From NCBI GenBank assembly GCA_038207335.1, contig JBBQZX010000013.1, positions 1 through 64,000 of the forward strand: a stretch of 64,000 bases of DNA, read 5' to 3'. Shown here in pieces: positions 18,146 to 29,505 of the stretch (the stretch's first letter is position 1; each line of letters opens with the position of its first letter). A program made the translations under genes and the position numbers. This DNA is from Chthoniobacterales bacterium (GTDB lineage Bacteria > Verrucomicrobiota > Verrucomicrobiia > Chthoniobacterales > Chthoniobacteraceae). The notes below the pieces were generated by a model. That model saw only the letters and a program-made list of their open reading frames with translations. It did no database searches and was not told the DNA's origin.

Positions 18146-19245
18146 GCTTTCTCCGCACGCAGTTGGCCGCACCCGGCGGCGACGTCGATGCCGCGGCGCT
18201 GGCGGAAAGTCGCGGGAATTCCCGCGTGCTGAAGGATGCGCTGGAATTCGACGCCTGCGGCGGTGGCCGAGGATTCGCCGCTGAAGCCCGCGGTGGGATT
18301 GAGCGGGATGAGATTCACATGCGAGTCGATGCCACGCAGAAGCTCTGCGAGTTGAGCGGCTTGTGCGGGTGAGTCGTTGCTCCCGGCGATGAGCGTCCAC
18401 TCGAAAAAGATGCGTCGGCGCGTGGCGGAGACGTACGTGCGGCAGGCGTCGATGAGTTCGGCCAGCGGCCATCGGCGGCTGATGGGCACTAGCTTTGCCC
18501 GCTCCTCCTCCGTCGCGCCATGCAGGCTCACGGCGAGATTGTAGGGCGACTTTTCCTCCGCCATGCGGAGGATGCCGGGCACGACTCCGACGGTGCTGAT
18601 CGTGATGCGCGACGGACCGACATTGATCCCGCGTGTGTCGCTGATGATCTCCAGCGCGGTCATCACGGCGTCGTAATTGTGCAACGGCTCGCCCATTCCC
18701 ATGAGCACGAGATTTCGCAAAACATGGCCGCCTGCACGGAGCTCGCGCACTACGTGAAGCACCTGCGCGACGATCTCGCCGGGGCGCAGATGCCGCGCGA
18801 ATCCCATCTGCCCCGTCGCGCAAAAAACGCACCCCATCGCGCAGCCCGCCTGCGTGCTGACGCAAGCGGTGAAGCGGCTCCGATAAGCCATGAGCACAGT
18901 TTCGATCGTCTGCCCGTCCGCGAGCCGAAGCAGGTATTTCCGCGTGAGTCCGTCGCTGCTCGCGTGCTCTTCGGCGAGTGTCGGCACGTCGGTGAAATAG
19001 CGGCCTTCGCGCCCGCTGTGCGTCTCGCTCCAACGCCGGAGCGGTGGCTCGAATTCCGGGCGCGCGGCGAGGTCGGTCGCCGCGTCGCGATGCAGCGCGC
19101 GCCAGAGGCGGCGGGCATGGATGGGCCGAACGCCATCCGCGCGCAGTGCGTCTTCCATCGCGGAAAATGGCAAGTCGTGGAGCGAGCGCGGCGATGTGTT
19201 TTGCGAAATGGAATTAGCACTCACTAGCCATTCAGCATTGCTCAA
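18109..19245 (-). CDS. rlmN: RlmN-family radical SAM RNA methyltransferase
   Basis: CVSTQAGCAMGCVFCATG, MGMGEP, SLH, VNLIPLNP and DVAAGCGQL. Start codon uncertain. Confidence 0.88.
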   Translation of the reverse strand: MSNAEWLVSANSISQNTSPRSLHDLPFSAMEDALRADGVRPIHARRLWRALHRDAATDLAARPEFEPPLRRWSETHSGREGRYFTDVPTLAEEHASSDGLTRKYLLRLADGQTIETVLMAYRSRFTACVSTQAGCAMGCVFCATGQMGFARHLRPGEIVAQVLHVVRELRAGGHVLRNLVLMGMGEPLHNYDAVMTALEIISDTRGINVGPSRITISTVGVVPGILRMAEEKSPYNLAVSLHGATEEERAKLVPISRRWPLAELIDACRTYVSATRRRIFFEWTLIAGSNDSPAQAAQLAELLRGIDSHVNLIPLNPTAGFSGESSATAAGVEFQRILQHAGIPATFRQRRGIDVAAGCGQLRAEKAQRSGRSDFHGS

Positions 19246-19272
19246 ATCTCGCGAAACAGCGAGCTGCGCCGC

Positions 19273-22200
19273 TCACTGCTGCGGCGTAACGATGCGGTAG
19301 AATCGTTGCGGGCCGCCCGTAGTGTCGGTCTGCTCGACGAGGTGCGCGGCGGGTTGCGCAGGAATGTCGGTGAGCTTCAGCCACTGCGGGTCGGTGAGCG
19401 CGTTTTTGTAGAGGATCGAGTAGGCGCGATCGGCGGCGGCGGTGAAGCGGATCACGTAACCTGCGCCGCTTTGGTTCTGCGCGATGTCGGCTTTGAAAAC
19501 ATCAGCCGCGCTCGTGGGATCAGTGCCGGCGATGTATTCGGCGAGATTGCTCTGGCCGTCTCCGTCGGTATCGGCGGCGGCATCGGCGTTGTTGAATTTG
19601 TCTAGGCCGTGCGCGTCTTCCCACACGTTCGGCAGGCCGTCTCCGTCGTTGTCCGTGATCGCGGATTGAGCGGCATTCGTGCCTCCAGGTGTCGGTGCGG
19701 CGGCGCTCCAATTCGCGGGATCGTTTCCGATCTTTGCGCGGTCGAACCGTTGGAGCGAGGAGCCCGTGCCATCGGCTGCGGCGGGCCACGGTGAGGAGTC
19801 GGCGTATTCCACTTTGTCGGAAAGAATGTAGGGTGTGACTCCCGCGACCTGAGCGCCGGGCCGGGCGAGTTCGATTCGCTGCGCGCTGTTGGAGAGCTTC
19901 GGCGACGATGGGCCGAAAAGCGGGGTTGCCGCGGTGAGGCCGTACGCTGCGCGGAAAGCGTTGCGCGCCGAGGTGTCTGTGAGCGGGTTGAAATGCACGA
20001 CGAGGATGAAGTCGCCGGGTCGAATCGTCGTGACCTCAGGGAATGTGAAACTGGAGTCGCCGCGGATTTTCCAGCCGCCGATCGACTGCGGATTCGTGGT
20101 GATGTTGTGGAGTTCGATGAATTCGTCGCGCGCGTTGGCCACCGAACCGGGGAGGTCCGGCGGGTGATACATCACCTCGTTGATGACCACGGGATCGGTG
20201 CGCGGCGGAGCATTGACCAGGCCCGTGCCGGTGCGAAAAGCCGAGACGGTCTGCGCCGCATCCTGCCCGAAGGTGCGCTGGAGCAGCGGCCAGAATTCGT
20301 CCGGCTGCGACCCCGCGGGATTGCCGGTGAGCACGCGGCCAAACGCGACTCCATCCGCCGATGCACCAAAGCTGACGCGCGAGCGGTAGCCGGTCGGCGC
20401 ACTAGCGCCATCGACCGCGGAGAGGATGATTTGCTCGCCGCTGGAGCTGAGTGAAAACGCGCTCGCGCCGCTGTTGAACTGATTTTCATACACGACCAGA
20501 TACCCGCCAGCAGGGATGCTCGTGCCCGCCGGAAACTGATACTTTTGCAAACTTACATCGTCGTCGCTCAGCCACCAACCGCCGATATTCACGCCGGAGG
20601 CGGTGGGATTGAAAAGCTCGATGGCGTCCTCCAGTGGGAGCGCGGAGGCGGTGAGCGCTTCATTGATGACGATGCTCGCGGGCAGGTAGTTGCTGCTCGC
20701 AGGCGTTGCATTTTGCGGGAATGCGACGACTGCCGCCGCGCCGTCCGGCAGCCGCCCGGATGAGGCATCCAATGCCTGTGCTCCGAATGTAATCGTGTCG
20801 ATGGTCGCGGTGCCGGCGGAGATGAGGAGGTTCTCGCCTGAGGCGGCGAGCTTGAAATTCGCGTGATTGCCGCCCGCGCTACTGCCATCGGCCTCGAAGC
20901 GCGTGAAGCCGCGCCCTGCGATGAACGACAACTCGGGAATCTGCGTGATCCGCGGCGTGCCGGGCGTGTCGCTCAGATACAGGCCGGCGAGCGCGACTGG
21001 ATTTGCGTCCGGATTGTAGAGCTCGAACCAATCCTCGTCATTCGCGGGGTTCGCCATCCATTCGTTGACTTTCAGCGTGGTCGCCGAGCCGAGCGTCACC
21101 GCGACGTTCGCGAATCCCGGCGACGGCGTGATCAGAGCCCACGCACCGACGCCGGTGCCGACGCGGCCAATCGCGAGGTCGGGCGCCTGGGGGCCGAAAG
21201 TCACGAAATCCTTTACCGTAGAGCCTTCGATGAGCGCGACTGTCTGCCCGCCTGCCGCAAGCTTGAAGCCTGTGTGCAGTCCCGGCGCGGCGAAATCGCT
21301 GTCGCAGAAGACGACGAGGTAGCCGCCCGTAGCGATGCTCGTGCCTGCGGGAAAGTGGAATTTATCCGGCACGAGCACGTCATCCGTGAGCGTCCAGGCG
21401 CTGAGGTCCACCTCCGCGGCGGTGGCGTTGTAGAGTTCCAGATAGTCGGGATTCGCGCCGCCGTTGCTGACGCTGGCGCGGTTCTCGGCGAGTGCTTCAT
21501 TGATCACGACATCGCCGGATGCCTGAGGGACGTCCGCATCGAGCCCGAGCGCAAAGACGATGTCGCTGCTCGAATTTGAGCCCTGATGCACCTCGACCGC
21601 GATGGTGTTTGTGCCCTGCACGAAATATTTCGGCGGCACGTCAATCGGCCCTTCTTGCGCCGCGGTGCCGACGGTTTGATTCGCCAGATCACTGTACGCG
21701 GGGGTCCCCGAGTTCATCGCGCGGCGCAGTTCCGGCACTTCCACTCCATTGATGAAAACGACGCATCCGTCATCGATCCAGCGCGTCGCGCGGATCGAGG
21801 AGCCGGTCGGCGAGCCGGGGAAACTGAACGTCCGGCGGAAGTAGTAAGTTGTGCGACCGATCGTGAGTGTCGTGCGGATATTCTGCGGAAGTGCGGTGCC
21901 GGTGCTGCCGCCAAGCAAAGGATCGCCAGACGACCAACCGTTGACGGTGTCGTTGTAAGTCGTCGAGGCCCACCAAGTCGGGTCATTCGGCGCGGGCGCT
22001 GGGCTCGGGTAGCTAAAGGCTGTCGTCTGATTGTAGCGCCACGGCGAACCCGAGCCGATGCTCACGAGCGGGCCGCTGATTGGCGCGACTCCGAACAAGA
22101 AAGCCGTCTCCGCGGACGGGTCGGAGGGATGGTCATCGGCATCGTAGAAAGTCGCGCGCCAGCGGTAGGCCGTGCCAAATCTCAACAACTGAAACGGGAC

Positions 22201-24790
22201 GGGAAGCGAGGTGAGATTGCTTGTGCTGACGACATTGTAGATCGGCGCTTCGTAAGTCCCGTAAGTCGCGCGAATCTCCCACCGCGTCTTCACATGCGCG
22301 ACAAGTGTGGGATTGCTGTGCGAGTAGGCGGAGATGCTCAGAGTCGCACCGGGAAGCACGCTCGCGTTGTTAGCGGGCGCGGCATTCACGGGCTGGTTCG
22401 GCTGATACCATGTGCCGAGGCCTAGCTGAGTGTTTACACTATTGAAGCGTGAGGTCAGCCAGTTGGTATCCGGCACCGAGATGCCGATCGAGGAGGCAAA
22501 GGCGATGACATTCGCGGGCTTCAGCAGCGTGTTGTTGAGGACGAAGAACTTCTTTCGGAAGTCGTTGTTGGTGTTCGGCCCGACGTTGTCCTCGTAGGCG
22601 CGCAACACCGAGTCCTTCCACCAGTTCGGGCCGCGCCCGTTGTTCGAGTAGGTGCCATTCACGTCATCTTTCTTGCCGGCAAAGATCGAGTTCGTCGGGG
22701 CAGATGAGTTTGGGTCAGTTCCTTGCATTTCGCCGTCGAAATCCCACGGCACCATTGTCCACTTTCCATCGCCTTGAAGATAGACGTGATGGTTGTGAAA
22801 CTTGTCGTCCCACGGCGACATCCAGTTTCTCAACGCCATGTAGGTCAAAATCTTGTCCTTGTCCCAATTCGCATCGAAATAGGCGCGCAGCGCATCTTGA
22901 TTGAGGTAGCTTGTCGGATCGCCGCTGTAGTTGTTGGAGTACCCAATGCGGGCAAGGTCTCCGCGCGCCGCCCAGAGCGCGTCGATCATTCCGCGGAAAG
23001 GTGTGTGCCCGCGCCAGCCGCTATTTTGGATCGGAAAACTCCAGATGTAGCGGTCGAGCTGAGTCCAGACGTTCACGGCTGGGATCTTCTGCCCATTTGC
23101 CCATCCGAAAGGCCCCTCGTCGCCGTCAAGACCTTTGGCTTTGTAGATGACTCCATCGCCCGCAAAGGCTGGTGGTGACTGGGGATTTCGAGCTTTCTCG
23201 GCGTTCTGAAAGCGCTTGATCATTTCCTCGTCGTTGTCGGAAATCTCGCAGCGCGTCGTGCCGTTCGTGTCGGTGTTTTTGTAGAAGTTCACGAACTGCG
23301 AGTAAGCCGCAGGAAGCCCAGCGGCGTGGAAGAGTCCGTAGGCCAAGACGTTGTCGTTCCCTTTCTCCGTCACAAGCATCCGCTGCTTGACCCCGTCGAG
23401 CAGGCGGTAGCTCGGGAAGATGAACTTCCACGAGTTCTTGCCAGCGCTCCGTTGGTAGCGACTGCCGTGATAGCGCGACTGCACATCATGCACTACGCCA
23501 TCCTTTACGAAGATGCCGGGCACAGTCCCATTCCATTGCGCGTCCGCCGCCGTCTGCGGTTTCGTCGCGGGATTGTAGATGGGATAGTTGATCGGATTGT
23601 ATTGAGGAAAGGACGAGGGGTTGGCGGTGAAGTATCCGTAAAATGGATCGTCGCGAGGGTAGTTCGGAGAGTTGGGAAGGACGCGCCTCGGGTTTTGCGC
23701 GCCGTTGTTGTCGAGCACCGCGATGTTATCGGCGGAGATGAAGAAGTCGTAGTCCGCGCGGCCATTCGCGGTGCGGACGGGTTGGATGAAGTAGCCGTGC
23801 CAGCCTTCCCGCGTGGTGGCCGAGACTGGGGTGAGCTGCGGGTCGTCGGCGCGCGGTGAGACGACCTCCACGCCGTCGCCGCGATTTGCGCGGATGCGGT
23901 AGCGCACGACTGAGCGAATCGCCTGCGACGGGATGGCAGTCTGCACGGTGTACTGCCCGTTGCCGCTCGTTTGCATCGGGATCGTGGTGATTGCCTCGCC
24001 GAAAGCATTGATGTCATCCACCCACCATTGCAGTTCGACGCCGCTCAGCGTCGCGGTGCTGGAGAAAGTCGCATTCCACGCGGACTGCATGAGCGGTGCG
24101 AATGACCGGCGACTCGTCGTCGTTTTGAAAGATACTCAGCGCCACCACGACGGGCTTTGGGATTGCGCGAGTCACCGTATTCGCAGTGCCCGGGGTCGGA
24201 TTGCCGGGGAATGGTGATGCCAGCCAGTTTGCCGCGTCATTCGAAGTTGCCGTCGGGCTGACGCGCTGGAGTGAGCGGCCTTTGTATTGGTAGGGCGTGA
24301 GGCTGATCCCGAGGAAGTCGGGATTCGCTCCGAGCCCTGCCGCGCTCTGCGCCCATGGGAAGCCGGAGGAGTAGCTCACGGCATCCACGATCACGCCGCC
24401 GGAGTCCTTGAGCCGCACGGTATCGCCGCTGTTGCTGAGCTTTCCCATCCACGGGCCGAGGACGCCGGTGATGCCATAGACTGTCTGAATCCGCGCGACA
24501 TTTTTCGCGATCATCACAAAGCCGCCCGCCGCGACGTTAGTCCCCGCAGGGAATGTGTAGCTGACGCCGTCGGTCAGCTTCCAGCCGCTCATGTCCACCG
24601 CTGACGCGCCCGCATTTCTCAGCTCGATGAATTCGTGCACGTCCTCCGTGAGATCGAGCACTGGGGTGCCGTCTGGATTGAAGGCGTCGAGTTCGACCGG
24701 CTTGTATTGGATTTCATTGACGACGACCTGTGCGTGCGCGCTCGAGAGGAGGAAAAGCGCGATGACGAAGTAAATGGAAATAAGGTGCAT
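19273..24790 (-). pseudogene. Giant secreted lamin-tail-domain + CotH-kinase protein, split by a +1 frameshift near 24075
   Basis: ORF 24014..24790 (signal peptide + LTD) and ORF 19273..24090 join if one base is removed. CotH motifs RYHGS..R, KNSWK, DDKFHNH and WTMVPWDFD; five INE/VNE lamin-tail starts; DxDGDG Ca-binding repeats; RFYRIV C-terminus. May be a sequencing error. Confidence 0.75.
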
Positions 24791-24944
24791 GAGTGGGGGT
24801 GAACTCGCGACGGAAAGTGTCGCTAGGGCGAGCGGGGGTTAAGGCGCAGCGTAAATGCAATTTTCACCACCGCCACCGCCGATTGCCCATCGGGCTTCGA
24901 CTTTGATTTGGGGCCTTTGTAAAGTCCCCGCCTCCCGCCACGCC

Positions 24945-27035
24945 ATGATCCCGTTTTCCCGCATCCTTTTCCTCGCCCTCCTCGCCGCTCTTGCCAGCTC
25001 CAGCGCGCTCGCGGAGAGCAAGCGGCCGAACATCATTTTCATCCTCACCGACGATCTCGGCTACGGCGATGTTGGCGTCTTTTTTCAGAATCAGCGCCGC
25101 GACAAAAGCGACCGCGCGGAGCCGTGGCATCTCACGCCGCAACTCGATGCAATGGCCGCGCAGGGGATGCAGCTCCGCGAGCACTACTGCCCGGCGCCGG
25201 TCTGCGCGCCATCGCGCGCGTCGCTCATGCTCGGCGTGCATCAGGGGCACGCGAATGTGCGCGACAACCAATTCGACAAGGCGCTGGAGAATAACCACAC
25301 GATCGCGAGCGTGCTGAAGGCCGCGGGCTACTCGACTGGCGCGATCGGCAAATGGGGGCTGCAAGGCGGCCCTCCCGAGCGCAGCGCGGCGGCTGCGAAA
25401 GCAACTCCCGCGGACTGGCCAGCCTTTCCGACGAAGCGCGGCTTTGACGACTACTTCGGATACGTGAGTCACTACGATGGGCACTTTCACTACCCGAAAG
25501 AAGACGGCCGCCGCGTGTGGGAAAATGACAAGGAAGTCTCCGCAGATCTCGCGGGCTGCTACACGACCGATCTTTTCACGGCGCGGGCGAAAATGTGGAT
25601 CACGGCGCGACACGAAGCGCAGCCGGAGAAGCCGTTTTTTCTCTACCTCGCCTACGATACGCCGCACGCGAAACTTCAGCTCCCGCCGGGCGAATTCCCC
25701 TCCGGCGGCGGCGCGAAGGGCGGCCTCCAATGGCTCGGAAAACCGGGCGCGATGATCAACACCGCCAGCGGCACGACCGATAGCTACACGCACCCCGACT
25801 ACGCCGCCGCGACGTGGGATCACGACCACGACCCGGCGACGCCCGAGCGGCCTTGGCCCGATGTTTACAAGCGATACGCGACCGACGTGCGCCGCATCGA
25901 CGACTGCGTCGGCGACCTCCTCCAGCTCCTGCGCGACCTCGCCATCGACCAGGATACGCTCGTCATTTTCACCTCCGACAACGGCCCGAGCCAGGAGTCG
26001 TATCTGAAGGAGCCCTACGAGGCCGATTTCTTCAACGCGTTCGGCCCCTTCGACGGCATCAAGCGCGACTGCTGGGAGGGCGGTATCCGCGTCGGTGCGC
26101 TGGCCCGCTGGCCCGGCACGGTGCCAGCCGAGCGCGTCTCCGCATCGCCGAGCCAATTCCACGACTGGCTTCCGACGTTTTGCGAACTCGCCGGCGTCCC
26201 CGCGCCCGCACGCAGCGATGGAGTCTCCCTCGCCGCTACGCTCCGCGGCATTGGGGAGCAGGAGCGATCGCGCATTTACGTCGAGTATTTTGTAAAAGGG
26301 AAAACGCCCGGGTATTCCGACTTCAGCGGGGAACATCGCGGCCGTCCGCGGCAGCAGATGCAGGCGCTGCGGCTCGGCGATTTCATCGGCGTCCGCTACA
26401 ACATCCAGAATCACGCGGATCCGTTCGAGATTTACCAAATCGAAAAAGATCCGCAGCAGCGGCAGGATCTCGGGCAGCGCCCGAAATTTGCAAACATGCA
26501 GAAAGAAATGCACGACACAGTGCTCCGCGTCCGGCGTCCATCACCGGACGCTCCACGGCCGTATGACAAAGAATTCGTCCCGCCCGTCGTGGAGGAAAAG
26601 CTCGAGCCCGGCGTGGAATGGCGCGCTTACAAAGTCGCCGCGCCGTGGGTCGCGCGTCTCGACAAAATGCCTTGGGATGATCGTGGCTTTGAGCCTCAGA
26701 TCGATCTGGCGCACGCCTTGGAGCAGCCGAATTTCGCCATCTATTTCTTTGGTTCCATCACCGTTCCCGAAGATGGCGAATATACCTTTCGACTCGCCAG
26801 CGACACAGGCGCGCTTCTCCGAATCCACGAGGCAACCGTCTTAGATTTCGACCGCAGTTTTTCATCGAATCAGCCAGTGACGGGCACGATTCGTCTCGCA
26901 AAAGGCACACACCCATTTCGCCTCTATTACCGGCACCACGGAGCCGAGGCTCCCACGCTCGACCTCCGCTGGAGCCGCCCCGGCGGGCCTCTCGAGAAGA
27001 TTCCTGCAAGCGTGTTTTCACATCGGCCGTCCTGA
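24945..27035 (+). CDS. Secreted formylglycine-dependent sulfatase (family S1) with C-terminal PA14-like domain
   Basis: PNIIFILTDDLGYGD, CAPSRASL (CxPxR), GKWG, SDNGP and WEGGIRV. C-terminal G.ITVPEDGEYTFRLASD. Confidence 0.9.
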   Translation: MIPFSRILFLALLAALASSSALAESKRPNIIFILTDDLGYGDVGVFFQNQRRDKSDRAEPWHLTPQLDAMAAQGMQLREHYCPAPVCAPSRASLMLGVHQGHANVRDNQFDKALENNHTIASVLKAAGYSTGAIGKWGLQGGPPERSAAAAKATPADWPAFPTKRGFDDYFGYVSHYDGHFHYPKEDGRRVWENDKEVSADLAGCYTTDLFTARAKMWITARHEAQPEKPFFLYLAYDTPHAKLQLPPGEFPSGGGAKGGLQWLGKPGAMINTASGTTDSYTHPDYAAATWDHDHDPATPERPWPDVYKRYATDVRRIDDCVGDLLQLLRDLAIDQDTLVIFTSDNGPSQESYLKEPYEADFFNAFGPFDGIKRDCWEGGIRVGALARWPGTVPAERVSASPSQFHDWLPTFCELAGVPAPARSDGVSLAATLRGIGEQERSRIYVEYFVKGKTPGYSDFSGEHRGRPRQQMQALRLGDFIGVRYNIQNHADPFEIYQIEKDPQQRQDLGQRPKFANMQKEMHDTVLRVRRPSPDAPRPYDKEFVPPVVEEKLEPGVEWRAYKVAAPWVARLDKMPWDDRGFEPQIDLAHALEQPNFAIYFFGSITVPEDGEYTFRLASDTGALLRIHEATVLDFDRSFSSNQPVTGTIRLAKGTHPFRLYYRHHGAEAPTLDLRWSRPGGPLEKIPASVFSHRPS

Positions 27036-27094
27036 TTTTGGTACCCGGCTCAACGCTGCGGTTGCCCGGCTGCTCAGGCTTGTTTTCAGGCCTT

Positions 27095-27466
27095 TCAGTC
27101 CCGGTCCGCGCTGGTTCCCTTCTCCCACTTCAATCCCCAATCGCGCATTGCTTTCACCACGGGGCGCAGTGCCATCCCCTTGTCTGTGAGCCGATAGGCG
27201 AGACGCTTGGTTCCATCTTCCGCAGGCATCTGTTCGAGGACTCCGCTGCGCTGGAGGCGTCCGAGTCGGTCGCTCAAAATGTTGGTGGGGATGCCCTCGG
27301 GGGATGCCGCGAAATCCTTGAAACGGCTGTGGCCGAGGACCAGGTCGCGCACGAGCAGCAAAGTCCATCGATCACCGAAAAGATCGAGTGCGCATGCGAC
27401 GGGGCACGCTGATCGGCGCGTCGCGTGTATCGCTTTTTGAGGAGGTGATGTCTTCGGGGCCGGCAT
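27095..27466 (-). CDS. HxlR/DUF24-family winged-helix transcriptional regulator
   Basis: RSACPVACALDLFGDRWTLLLVRDL, RF.DF, ILSDRL and YRLTDKG. Confidence 0.9.
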   Translation of the reverse strand: MPAPKTSPPQKAIHATRRSACPVACALDLFGDRWTLLLVRDLVLGHSRFKDFAASPEGIPTNILSDRLGRLQRSGVLEQMPAEDGTKRLAYRLTDKGMALRPVVKAMRDWGLKWEKGTSADRD

Positions 27467-27484
27467 TGCATCAGCCTCGCACGA

Positions 27485-27517
27485 TATTACTTGCATTCAA
27501 AAAGTATATTACTTGCA
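27485..27517. promoter_or_regulatory. Candidate operator between divergent hxlR-like and dinB-like genes
   Basis: TATTACTTGCA direct repeat at 27485 and 27507 (22-bp spacing). The first copy forms the imperfect palindrome TACTT-N9-AAGTA. AT-rich island in GC-rich DNA. Confidence 0.6.
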
Positions 27518-27548
27518 AAACGAAAGCGAAACGAGAGATTTGCGGATT

Positions 27549-28160
27549 ATGGATTCCACCATCGGACCCAAATTCGCACCACCTGGCGCCGGCCTGCCAG
27601 CATTTGAACTTTTCATCGCGCGGCTTCTCTTTGGCCTTCGGCGCCTCACTGCGGCACCGGAGGAGTGCGATGCGAATTTTCGCAAGGAGCGAAATGCGAT
27701 CCGCGAACTCCTGAGGGAAATGAGCGAGACAGCGGGAGCGCGGCGAGTGCTCGTGAGGCGTCCGCGCGGGCTGGAGGATAGCAGCCGATTTTGGTCGGTC
27801 TGGATGACTCTCGATCACCTGCGCATCGTGAATCTTGCCATCGCGGGAGTGATCGAAAAGCTGTCGCGAGACGAGGTGTCCGAAGGAGTTGCAAGCACCG
27901 CGGCCGTGAAACCGAGTCCTGAGTCCAGAAGAGCCGTCGAGGCAGATTACGAGGATTCTTGCGAAGCGGTGCTAGCGGCGGCGCACGACTTGCCGGGTTT
28001 GCGGACGAAGCTCAAATACACGCACCCGTGGTTTGGCTCGATGGACGCCGCGGGCTGGCACGCGCTGGCGGGAACGCACATGGCGATCCACCGCTTGCAG
28101 CTCGAGCGGATCTGCGCCGGGCTGGAAACGGCTCGCGTCCTGAAGCACCGGGGGAGTTGA
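27549..28160 (+). CDS. DinB-family protein
   Basis: WSVWMTLDHL ... HPWFG.M....W......HMAIH His triad. Confidence 0.8.
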   Translation: MDSTIGPKFAPPGAGLPAFELFIARLLFGLRRLTAAPEECDANFRKERNAIRELLREMSETAGARRVLVRRPRGLEDSSRFWSVWMTLDHLRIVNLAIAGVIEKLSRDEVSEGVASTAAVKPSPESRRAVEADYEDSCEAVLAAAHDLPGLRTKLKYTHPWFGSMDAAGWHALAGTHMAIHRLQLERICAGLETARVLKHRGS

Positions 28161-28167
28161 TGAGTCG

Positions 28168-29505
28168 ATGAGCCGCCCGCTTTTACTCACGACCGACGCG
28201 ATCCCCCAGCTTACTTGGCGGATCGCATTGCCCGCCAGCGTGGGGATGTTTTTCAACACGATGTATAACTTCGTGGACACCTACTACGCGGGGCGGTTGA
28301 GCACGGATGCGATCGCGGCACTGGCGCTCTCGTTCCCGGTGTTCTTTGTGGTGATCGCGATCGGCAGCGGCCTGAGCCAGGGGGCGACTGCGCTGATGGC
28401 GAATGCTCTCGGCAAGGGCGATCGCGACGATGCGCGCCTGATATTCGCGCAATCGATGCTCTCCACGGTGGCTCTCGGCGTGGTGCTGTCGATTGGCGGA
28501 TTACTGGCTTCGCCGTGGCTTTTTCGGCAACTCGGGGCCGAAGGCGCTTACCTCAGCGTCGCGCTCAACTACATGAACGTCATCATGGCGAGTGGCGTGT
28601 TTTTTCTCCTGCCGATGGCGCTGAATGCGACCCTCGTGGCGCAGGGCGATACGCGTGTGTATCGCAATTTTCTGATCGCCGGATTCTTTGGAAATTGCGT
28701 GCTGAATCCGCTGCTCATGCGCGGATGGCTGTGGCTCCCGCCTCTCGGCGTGGCGGGGATCGCGCTGGCGACCGTGCTCATCCAGATGGGCGGCACCGTC
28801 TGGCTGCTGCGGCATGTGGTTTCCACCGACCTCTGCCGCGAAATGCCGCGCGCGCTTTTCCGTCCGAACTCCGAGGCTCTCCGCAGAATCATGGGACAGT
28901 CCGTGCCCGCCGCCCTCAATATGCTGACCGTCGCGGCGGGCGTGTTTGTGATCACCTGGTTCGTGAAGTTTTTCGGAAAGGAAGCGATCGCGGCATCGGG
29001 CATCGCGACGCGCATCGAGCAAGTCGTGCTGATGCCGGTGATCGGACTGAACTACGCCGTGCTGAGCATCGTCGGGCAAAATCACGGCGCGGGCCTGGCG
29101 CATCGCGTGCGCGAGGCGTGGACAACAAACCTCAAATACGGCGCGGGTCTCATGGTCGCCGGCGGTGTGCTCGTCTGGCTGCTCCGGGCGCCCGCGATGC
29201 GCCTCTTCACCAGCGACCCCTCGGTCATCGGCCACGGCACGGACTATCTGCTCACCTCCGCATTCACGCTGGCGGCCTACCCGATTCTTTTCGTCACGGT
29301 CTTCATGATGCAGGGCGTGAAGCGCCCGACCTATGGACTTTGGATCGGACTTTACCGCCAAGTCGCCGCCCCTGCCGTCGTCTTTAACACGCTCGCCTTT
29401 ACGCTTGGGATGGGCACTTGGGGCATTTGGTGGGGCATCTTCATCGTGACTTGGAGCGCTGCTCTTTTTGCGCTCTGGTGGGGCTGGCGGACCGTGCGCG
29501 CCTAG
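28168..29505 (+). CDS. MATE family efflux transporter
   Basis: YNFVDT, AQGDT, N.VLNP, GVAGIALAT and VGQNHGA; about 12 TM. Confidence 0.9.
   Translation: MSRPLLLTTDAIPQLTWRIALPASVGMFFNTMYNFVDTYYAGRLSTDAIAALALSFPVFFVVIAIGSGLSQGATALMANALGKGDRDDARLIFAQSMLSTVALGVVLSIGGLLASPWLFRQLGAEGAYLSVALNYMNVIMASGVFFLLPMALNATLVAQGDTRVYRNFLIAGFFGNCVLNPLLMRGWLWLPPLGVAGIALATVLIQMGGTVWLLRHVVSTDLCREMPRALFRPNSEALRRIMGQSVPAALNMLTVAAGVFVITWFVKFFGKEAIAASGIATRIEQVVLMPVIGLNYAVLSIVGQNHGAGLAHRVREAWTTNLKYGAGLMVAGGVLVWLLRAPAMRLFTSDPSVIGHGTDYLLTSAFTLAAYPILFVTVFMMQGVKRPTYGLWIGLYRQVAAPAVVFNTLAFTLGMGTWGIWWGIFIVTWSAALFALWWGWRTVRA

Noticed and set aside
18109..19245. Cfr-type resistance methyltransferase
   Set aside because: MGMGEP and the overall motif pattern fit RlmN.
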